Shown one piece after another: positions 8,121 to 14,103 of a DNA stretch of 17,861 nt. Every line of letters begins with the position of its first letter. Within the stretch, counting starts at the first letter, position 1. The translations under genes and the position numbers were made by a program. The notes under the pieces are model-generated. The model ran no database searches. It was not told the DNA's origin and was given only the letters and a program-made list of their open reading frames with translations. The DNA lies in assembly GCA_964481835.1 (NCBI GenBank), contig CAYZTT010000013.1, forward strand, positions 1 to 17,861, read 5' to 3'. The stretch comes from Candidatus Woesearchaeota archaeon. GTDB lineage: Archaea; Nanobdellota; Nanobdellia; SCGC-AAA011-G17; PNOQ01.

Positions 8121-8695
8121 AACTCGATAAGCAAATACTTGTATTGCCAAAGGAAAAATATCTCTTCTTTTTGAGTTCTAAATGTGCTTCTTCCTCTGTA
8201 CGCAGAATGGCAATATTTGATCTGAAGTACGGAGAACCTCTAATCTATATAACCAATTTAAAAGCCCTGCAAATGTATATGGATTTTAAATGGATAATGA
8301 TTGTTAGATCTCCTTGGGATAGGATAAGAAGTCTTTGGAAAGATAAAGTATTTAGGCACGTACATAAGGAGTTCCGCAGCCTTGGATTTACGAGAGGTGA
8401 ATCTTTTTCTGAATTTGGGAAGAGGTTTCATGGTATTTCGGATCTTTTAAAATGTGGCAGTCATTTATGGCCTATGTTTACTTTGTTTCCTTATTTTGAA
8501 AAAGGAAGAAATACTCTTTTACTCGATTTAAAAGATTTAAGAAAATGGCCTATAGAGTTGCCTTTCTTGAGGAAAGAGAATCAGTCAAAGATAATTGTTC
8601 CAGAAGAAAAAGGAAAGCTTGGATCTCGTCAATCTAAGATCTTAAGAGAAAAGTATATTATGGATTTTGATCATTATGATTCCTTCAACTCCTAA
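8117..8695 (+). CDS. sulfotransferase, Sulfotransfer_2 (carbohydrate sulfotransferase)-like
   Basis: The 3'-PB motif IVRSPWDRIRSLWKDK matches vRdPfeRlvSaf. The N-terminal PKEKYLFFLSSKCASSSV resembles the 5'-PSB PKxGS/TT loop. The ATG at 8117 overlaps the upstream TGA (ATGA), so the track's 8096 start is probably too far upstream. Confidence 0.5.
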   Translation: MKLDKQILVLPKEKYLFFLSSKCASSSVRRMAIFDLKYGEPLIYITNLKALQMYMDFKWIMIVRSPWDRIRSLWKDKVFRHVHKEFRSLGFTRGESFSEFGKRFHGISDLLKCGSHLWPMFTLFPYFEKGRNTLLLDLKDLRKWPIELPFLRKENQSKIIVPEEKGKLGSRQSKILREKYIMDFDHYDSFNS

Positions 8696-9344
8696 ATATA
8701 AAGAAGTTACCGTTGCCTGTGTTTTGTGGGTTGGCGATTTTCGCAAGCGAGGGTATACTGCATTGTGGGTGCAGAGGTTAAAGAATATGGTGGAAAAGAG
8801 TCTTTCTATTCCACATAACTTTATTTGCCTTTCTAATGTTAATATCCCAGATGTAAATTGTATTCCTTTAAAACATGATTATCCCGGATGGTGGTCTAAA
8901 ATTGAATTGTTTAGAAATGATATTCCGGGGGATCGTGTGTTGTCCTTAGACTTGGATTTAATTCTTTTGAAGGACATTGCCCCTTTTATTGAAATAGATA
9001 CCCCTATGGCGATCTGTAGGGCTTTTGGGAAGCCTTCTATGGGAAGAGGTACTATCCATGGATATAATTCATCTGTTATGGTCTTTGATAAGGGAGAGGG
9101 AGGTGAATTATATTCAAGTTTTGGTGAATACGCAATGAGGAGATTTAGGGGGGATCAGGATTATATTAAATTTGATATACCCTATCTTCCTACTTTTCCA
9201 AAAGGGTGGGTAATAAAAATAAGACAATGCATAGCTGGGAGAAAATGTGTTCCCGGAAGGGATGTTAAAATTCTCTTGTGTATGCCTTACAAAAACGATG
9301 TGGCTATAAGAAAGTTTCCTTGGGTGGGAGAGATATGGAAGTAA
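8676..9344 (+). CDS. GT-A-fold DxD glycosyltransferase-like protein (GT8-like), paralog 1
   Basis: The motif WWSKIELF...DRVLSLDLDLILLKDIAPF resembles the GT8 Y.RL...d..kvlYLD.D.lv.dl..L motif. It is paralogous to the next gene (VTVACVLWVGDF / VNIICLYWRGKD; LDLDLIL / CDLDVVI). The likely start is ATG 8676 inside the TTG-8667 call. Confidence 0.4.
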   Translation: MIPSTPKYKEVTVACVLWVGDFRKRGYTALWVQRLKNMVEKSLSIPHNFICLSNVNIPDVNCIPLKHDYPGWWSKIELFRNDIPGDRVLSLDLDLILLKDIAPFIEIDTPMAICRAFGKPSMGRGTIHGYNSSVMVFDKGEGGELYSSFGEYAMRRFRGDQDYIKFDIPYLPTFPKGWVIKIRQCIAGRKCVPGRDVKILLCMPYKNDVAIRKFPWVGEIWK

Positions 9345-10021
9345 AACCTGTAAATATCATTTGTTTATATTGGAGAGGCAAAGACAGGCCGGGATGGGAA
9401 GATACCTTTTTAGGAATGGAATATGTATTTAAGCTCTATAAAGGTTTTGAAAGAAACTGTACAATTCCGTTTAAATTCTTTTGTTTAATTGAGAATGTTC
9501 CTACTTTTACTTTTCCGGGTATTAAATTTCTCAAGTTAGATTCCCCAAGCTGGAGAGGTTGTTTGCCTAAATATTCAGTTTTTAATCCTTCTTACAATTT
9601 TAAGGGAAGGGTCTTTGTATGCGATTTGGATGTAGTAATTACTGGAAATGTAGATGATATTTTATCTTATGATGGAGAGTTTGCTACAAGGAGCACCTTT
9701 AGAGGTAAAAAAGAATCTGGGGGAGATTTGGTTGCTTTTGAGGGGGGAACATATCAATGGATTTGGGATGAGTTTAAAAACGAAACCCAACGGGTGGTTG
9801 ATTTTACAAAAGGACGAGAACGCTGGGTATACCGATATGATAGACGTATGAGAAAGCTTAAGTTCTTACAGGATTTGTTTCCAGATCAAATTTACAGTTA
9901 TAAAAATCATTGTAACAGAGGAAGGGGTCTTCCTGAAAATGCAAGAATGGTATCTTGCCATGGAAATCCCAGACCCCATGAAATCAGAGATGATTGGGTA
10001 AAAGAGCACTGGAGATTATAA
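9335..10021 (+). CDS. GT-A-fold DxD glycosyltransferase-like protein, paralog 2
   Basis: The DxD block GRVFVCDLDVVITGNVDDI is collinear with the upstream paralog. The likely start is ATG 9335 inside the GTG-9278 call, with GGGAG 4 nt upstream. Its TAA stop overlaps the ATG of the next gene (TAATG). Confidence 0.4.
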   Translation: MEVKPVNIICLYWRGKDRPGWEDTFLGMEYVFKLYKGFERNCTIPFKFFCLIENVPTFTFPGIKFLKLDSPSWRGCLPKYSVFNPSYNFKGRVFVCDLDVVITGNVDDILSYDGEFATRSTFRGKKESGGDLVAFEGGTYQWIWDEFKNETQRVVDFTKGRERWVYRYDRRMRKLKFLQDLFPDQIYSYKNHCNRGRGLPENARMVSCHGNPRPHEIRDDWVKEHWRL

Positions 10022-10383
10022 TGGTTTATCTTATTACCGGAAAATCAAATGCTGGAAAAACAACATTGGCTTATAAAATGGCAATCGAGAATGGGGGTAT
10101 TGTTATTGATGCTGATGAAGTTAGAAAGATATTCCCTTCTGATTTTTCCGATAATGGCAGAGAAGAGCATATAGTCCGTATGGCAAAAATGGCAGCCTTA
10201 TTGGAAGCTCAGCAAATTGTATACATTGCAGCTATTATGCCAAAAAAAGAATGGAGAGATTTGGCTCGTTCTTATTTTAAAGATTCAGTTTTGATTTATT
10301 TAAAAGGGGGTGTTCTTTGGGAGGGTACTGAATATGAAGAACCCCAAAAACAAGAGTTAGAAAGGAAATCTAATCATGATTAA
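10021..10383 (+). CDS. APS-kinase (CysC)-like P-loop kinase, compact form lacking the lid segment
   Basis: The P-loop is ITGKSNAGKTTLA. IDADEVRK followed by FSDNGREEHIVRMAKMAALLEAQQIVYIAAIMPKKEWR aligns residue-for-residue in pattern with CysC LDGDNVRHGL...[39 protein letters not shown]. C-terminal TEYEEPQKQEL resembles DPYEAPENPEL. The approximately 25-aa RDPKGLYKKAR lid is absent. The start at ATG 10021 forms TAATG with the upstream stop, and GGAGA lies 5 nt upstream. Confidence 0.55.
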   Translation: MVYLITGKSNAGKTTLAYKMAIENGGIVIDADEVRKIFPSDFSDNGREEHIVRMAKMAALLEAQQIVYIAAIMPKKEWRDLARSYFKDSVLIYLKGGVLWEGTEYEEPQKQELERKSNHD

Positions 10384-11092
10384 AGACTACTCAGAGAAAC
10401 CGATTATTATTGTAGGGGCTGCAAGATCCGGTACCAGTATGGTTGCAGCCTGTGTTCATTTATGTGGAGCTTGGAAGGGGGATACCGCAGGACCAAACCG
10501 ATATAACCAAAAAGGAATGTTTGAGAATTTGGAATTGAGGGAGAAGATAATCAAACCTTTATTACATGCTATGAATGCAGATAAAAAAGGTCAATTTCCC
10601 TTACCGGAAACAAAAGATATTATTATTCCTCATGATATTAAAGATTCTATCTTTAAAATAGTAAAAGGACAGGGCTGGACTCCTGATCTTCCATGGATGT
10701 GGAAATGTGCTAAAATGTCTCTGATGTGGCCTGTTTGGAATTATGCTTTTCCAGATAGTAAATGGATTATTGTAAGGAGAAAGACTCCGGATATTATCAA
10801 TTCTTGTATGAAAACAGGATTTATGAACGCATATGCTATTCCCAGAATTCAGAAAAAGGCAGGAGTATCCAGTGAAAAAGAAGGTTGGTTGCAGTGGGTA
10901 CGTAAGCATGAAGAAAAGTTCATAGAGATTATTCAAAGTGGTGTAAATGTTAAAGTTATATGGCCTGAAAGGATGATCAACTCGGATTATAGTCAACTTC
11001 AGGAAACAATTGAATGGTTAGGGTTGACTTGGGACCCCAAAAAGGTTTATGATTTCATTGAACCAAAACTCTGGAAAGCAAGGAGGGGATAA
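10376..11092 (+). CDS. sulfotransferase, Sulfotransfer_1/3-like (PAPS-dependent)
   Basis: The 5'-PSB motif PIIIVGAARSGTSMV is classic (IvGapRSGTT). The 3'-PB motif is WIIVRRKTPDIINS (vRdPrDvavS). The ATG overlaps the upstream stop (ATGATTAA). Confidence 0.6.
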   Translation: MIKDYSEKPIIIVGAARSGTSMVAACVHLCGAWKGDTAGPNRYNQKGMFENLELREKIIKPLLHAMNADKKGQFPLPETKDIIIPHDIKDSIFKIVKGQGWTPDLPWMWKCAKMSLMWPVWNYAFPDSKWIIVRRKTPDIINSCMKTGFMNAYAIPRIQKKAGVSSEKEGWLQWVRKHEEKFIEIIQSGVNVKVIWPERMINSDYSQLQETIEWLGLTWDPKKVYDFIEPKLWKARRG

Positions 11093-11454
11093 TGGCAAGA
11101 ACAACCGCAGCAGAGGTACAGCAGATTATTGATACAGAAGTCAGTACAACCATTATAGATGTTATGATTACCCCAGCAAACTTAGTTGTTACGTCTGAAT
11201 TAGGAGGAGAACTTTCTTCTGCTCTTCTTACTGAGATTGAAAAATGGCTTGCTGCACATCTAATAAAAATGTCATGGGAAAAAGATAAAGAAAGTGTTAA
11301 AATAGGAGAAGCAGAGGAGAAATACGCAAAGCTTGGTTTAAATCTGGATGGTAGTACATATGGGCAAACTGTGAAACTATTGGATACTACGGGTAAATTG
11401 GCTAATTTAGGAAAGAAAGAGGCTTCTATTACAGCAGTGGAATCTTTCGAATAG
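11092..11454 (+). CDS. head-tail connector / adaptor protein (gp6-like)
   Basis: A 120-aa protein in the first position after the head genes. The N-terminal pattern TAAEVQQII...EIEKWLAAHLI resembles gp6-like connector proteins. It is joined to the upstream gene by TAATG coupling. Confidence 0.5.
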   Translation: MARTTAAEVQQIIDTEVSTTIIDVMITPANLVVTSELGGELSSALLTEIEKWLAAHLIKMSWEKDKESVKIGEAEEKYAKLGLNLDGSTYGQTVKLLDTTGKLANLGKKEASITAVESFE

Positions 11455-11461
11455 AGGTAAT

Positions 11462-11818
11462 ATGGATATTACAAAATACCTAACTGATACAGCTGTTTTA
11501 TGGGCTAAAAGTGGTAAGACTGCTTATAATGAATTGACCTTTACAGCTGGAGCAGAGATTTCTGTAAGGTGGGAAGACCGACAAGAGATTTTTATAAGCT
11601 CTACAGGAAAAGAATTAATATCAGATGCAATTGTTTTTGTAGATCAGGATATTACACCGGATAGCTTTTTATATTTAGGGGAATTGGATGATTTAAGTGC
11701 AGAAGAAAAAGCCAATCCTAAATTAGAACAAAATGCATATGCCGTAAGAAGATTTGAGAAAATTAAAAATGTAGGTGGTAGAATTGTTCTAAGAAGGGTT
11801 CATTTGACCGGAGGTTAG
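11462..11818 (+). CDS. head closure / head-tail joining protein (putative)
   Basis: A 118-aa protein lying between the adaptor and an HK97-gp10-like gene. Confidence 0.4.
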   Translation: MDITKYLTDTAVLWAKSGKTAYNELTFTAGAEISVRWEDRQEIFISSTGKELISDAIVFVDQDITPDSFLYLGELDDLSAEEKANPKLEQNAYAVRRFEKIKNVGGRIVLRRVHLTGG

Positions 11819-11819
11819 G

Positions 11820-12320
11820 GTGTTAAAAAACAATATACGTGGATTAAATCAGGTCTTGCGTAACTTAAATAATGAAGTTAAGAAGATCAAAGGGAGAACC
11901 CTAAAGGGACTTATCCGTGGTGGTCTTATTGTTTTAAGAGATGTTGAATTGACAACACCTTTAACCCCGGTTGAGTTAGGCAATCTTAGAGCAAGTCGTT
12001 TTTTAGTAACTTCCAATCGTGGTGTCAGTATGGGGAGAAATCCTACTTTTAGAAACTCAAAAAAGAACAAAAAAGCAGCCCAATCAATGGGTAGAAACCA
12101 TCATGATGTATTGAGCGAAACTAAGGCATTGGCAAAAGCAACTGGGCAACCAACTGTTATTTTGGGTTTCAGTGCTAAATATGCAGCTCCAGTACATGAG
12201 AAAAGGAATGTTAAAAAATGGTCACGCCCCGGGTCCGGTCGTAAATTCTTTGAGATGGCTTTAGATAGGAATGTTAAAAATATCCTGAAAGTAATCAGGA
12301 AGGAGGCTAAAATAAAATGA
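11820..12320 (+). CDS. HK97 gp10-like neck / tail-completion protein
   Basis: GTG start with GGAGG 5 nt upstream. The N-terminal pattern (L..L...V.KI.GRTLKGLIRGGLIV..DV.L.TP) is typical of the HK97 gp10 family. Confidence 0.5.
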   Translation: MLKNNIRGLNQVLRNLNNEVKKIKGRTLKGLIRGGLIVLRDVELTTPLTPVELGNLRASRFLVTSNRGVSMGRNPTFRNSKKNKKAAQSMGRNHHDVLSETKALAKATGQPTVILGFSAKYAAPVHEKRNVKKWSRPGSGRKFFEMALDRNVKNILKVIRKEAKIK

Positions 12321-12715
12321 CAACAATCAATCCTCCAAGTACAGATATTAAAGATTTATTAGAAAGTTCCGATTGTGGGTTAAGTTTGGTTGCAGGGACC
12401 AATTTGTTTATAGGCATAACTCCAGTAACTCCAAATAATGTTACAATTTTAGTTGACTCAGGGGGATTAGATCAGTTAAGATATGGAATGGAAAGACCTA
12501 ATATACAGGTCTTAGTTAGAAACAATGATTATTTAACAGGATATGAGTTAATTAAAGATATTAAATATTACTTAAATGAGAAAAGAAACCTAATCCAAGG
12601 AGGAGCTCGTTATATTTGTATTTTGGCCCGTTCAGAGATTGCATATTTAGGATTAGATCCTAAAAACAGACATGAATGGTCTCTTAATTTTCAAATACAT
12701 AGAACTGTTAATTAA
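12317..12715 (+). CDS. tail terminator / tail completion protein (putative)
   Basis: A 132-aa protein immediately before the tail tube gene, with ATGA start/stop overlap. Confidence 0.4.
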   Translation: MTTINPPSTDIKDLLESSDCGLSLVAGTNLFIGITPVTPNNVTILVDSGGLDQLRYGMERPNIQVLVRNNDYLTGYELIKDIKYYLNEKRNLIQGGARYICILARSEIAYLGLDPKNRHEWSLNFQIHRTVN

Positions 12716-12735
12716 ATAAAAAGGAGGAATTAAAA

Positions 12736-13161
12736 ATGACAACAAATGCAGAATCGGGTGTAGGATCATTAATGCGATACTATACTGGGGCAGCTTGGGC
12801 TTCTCTTGGAGAAGTTACCAACATAACTGGACCCGGTATGTCCAGAGATACCCATGACGTTACCAGCTTGGCAAGTACCAACGGTTACAGGGAGTTTATT
12901 CCGGGCTTGAGAGATCCCGGTGCCTTGACCTTTACTATGTGGTTTAATCGAACAGATTATGATGCCATGAAGACATTGTTTGAGTCTGATACAATTACTG
13001 ACTTTGAATTGATATTGGACGATACTGAAAATACTACACTGGAGTTCAGTGGTTTTGTTACAGAAATGCCTTTAACTGTTCCAGATGGTCCCATAGCATG
13101 TGAGGTTACAATAAAGATTTCCGGTACTGTTACCGTTAATAGTGGGAGTGGAAGTGGATAA
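12736..13161 (+). CDS. major tail (tube) protein
   Basis: Strong RBS AAGGAGG. A 141-aa protein placed directly before the G/GT chaperone pair and the tape measure gene. It carries the motifs DVTSLASTNGYREFIPGLRDPGALTF. Confidence 0.55.
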   Translation: MTTNAESGVGSLMRYYTGAAWASLGEVTNITGPGMSRDTHDVTSLASTNGYREFIPGLRDPGALTFTMWFNRTDYDAMKTLFESDTITDFELILDDTENTTLEFSGFVTEMPLTVPDGPIACEVTIKISGTVTVNSGSGSG

Positions 13162-13222
13162 TACATAAGAATAACACAAGCCTAATCAGGGTTTTAATAT
13201 AACACATAAAGGAGATAATCAA

Positions 13223-13648
13223 ATGTCCAAAATAAACTATGAAAAGAGAGCAAAAGAATTAAGAAAACTAATCCTTGATGTACAGGATTTTCCGGTTGAA
13301 GAAGTTAAGGTTCCTGAATGGAACCTTCCTTTTCCTATTTATATTCGTACCATGTCTGCACAGGAGCGGGATGATTTTGAGTCCAGCCAGTTAGTTGATG
13401 ATGCTGAAGGCAATAAAATCCTATCATTGCAGAATTTACGAGCTTCTTTATTGGCTCGGGTTATTTGTGCTGATCCAGAAGGCAAACATCGTATTTTTAA
13501 CAGTGGGGATATTGAGGCTTTGGGTAATAAGTCTGTAGCTGCTGTGGACCGGTGTTTGGAAGTATCCCGTAAATTAAATGGAAGTACAGAAGAAGATGAA
13601 GAGAATTTAATAAAAAACTTCAAAGGCCGGGACGGAGATTCTGGCTAA
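13223..13648 (+). CDS. tail assembly chaperone (gpG-like)
   Basis: Acidic 141-aa protein. The gene ends just downstream of an A_AAA_AAC slippery heptamer. It sits directly upstream of a -1-frame ORF and the tape measure gene. Confidence 0.65.
   Translation: MSKINYEKRAKELRKLILDVQDFPVEEVKVPEWNLPFPIYIRTMSAQERDDFESSQLVDDAEGNKILSLQNLRASLLARVICADPEGKHRIFNSGDIEALGNKSVAAVDRCLEVSRKLNGSTEEDEENLIKNFKGRDGDSG
13612..13618 (+). promoter_or_regulatory. -1 programmed ribosomal frameshift slippery heptamer A_AAA_AAC (G/GT)
   Basis: Codons AUA|AAA|AAC are in the frame of 13223. The -1 frame opens at 13600 (TGA 13597-99 before it) and runs without a stop into the ORF at 13678-14103. Confidence 0.6.
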
Positions 13649-13677
13649 AACAAGCACGCAATGCTGGAGTATATAAC

Positions 13678-14103
13678 ATGGAAACCTTTTTATCTGGCAT
13701 ATCGGCAAAACAAGCAAAAGAGTGGGAATTATTTGCTGTAGAAGAACCAGCATTTGAGGACAAGGTAATTGTCCAGTTGGCTTTAATTGCTCATTTATTT
13801 GCAAACAGTTTCATTCAAAGAACAGATAAAAAGAAATGGTCCCTATCTGATTTTATTCCAGACTTTTCCAACAAACTTACAAGTAAAAATAAGCCTATAG
13901 ACTTAAAAAATAAGGTTTTTGGTATCTTGGGTACCCATGGAAACGATAAGGCAAAAGAAAGGGCTAAAAAACACTTTAAACGGCAAGATAAATCAAATAC
14001 AGAAGGAAAGATTCGAGGTACAGATGGTAAGTTATACAAGTATCGCATGGAGGAATTTGTAAAGGATAGAAAAACCTTACCAAAAAGATTGCGGAGGAAG
14101 TAA
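13678..14103 (+). CDS. tail assembly chaperone T-domain ORF (expressed as a gpGT-like fusion by -1 frameshift; an independent ATG is also present)
   Basis: This ORF is in the -1 frame relative to 13223-13648 and is open back to the slippery site. Its stop overlaps the tape measure start (TAATG). Confidence 0.55.
   Translation: METFLSGISAKQAKEWELFAVEEPAFEDKVIVQLALIAHLFANSFIQRTDKKKWSLSDFIPDFSNKLTSKNKPIDLKNKVFGILGTHGNDKAKERAKKHFKRQDKSNTEGKIRGTDGKLYKYRMEEFVKDRKTLPKRLRRK

Noticed and set aside
10021-10383. Reading the P-loop kinase as a 5-hydroxymethyluracil DNA kinase (thymidine hypermodification pathway) or as a generic nucleoside/dNMP kinase
   Set aside because: The similarity after the P-loop tracks the CysC-specific DGD(N)xR and FSxxDRxENIRR(x)GEVAKL blocks rather than dNMP-kinase motifs. 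Its neighbours are sulfotransferases, not amino-acid or glycan DNA-modifying transferases. It remains an alternative if the HMM search disagrees.
6884-11092. Reading the cassette as a lysogenic-conversion O-antigen / capsule / teichoic-acid modification island
   Set aside because: There is no flippase, polymerase, undecaprenyl-phosphate transferase or any membrane-spanning protein. The genes are co-translated with the late structural genes rather than with a lysogeny module. A cytoplasmic target fits better. This is not fully excluded without expression data.
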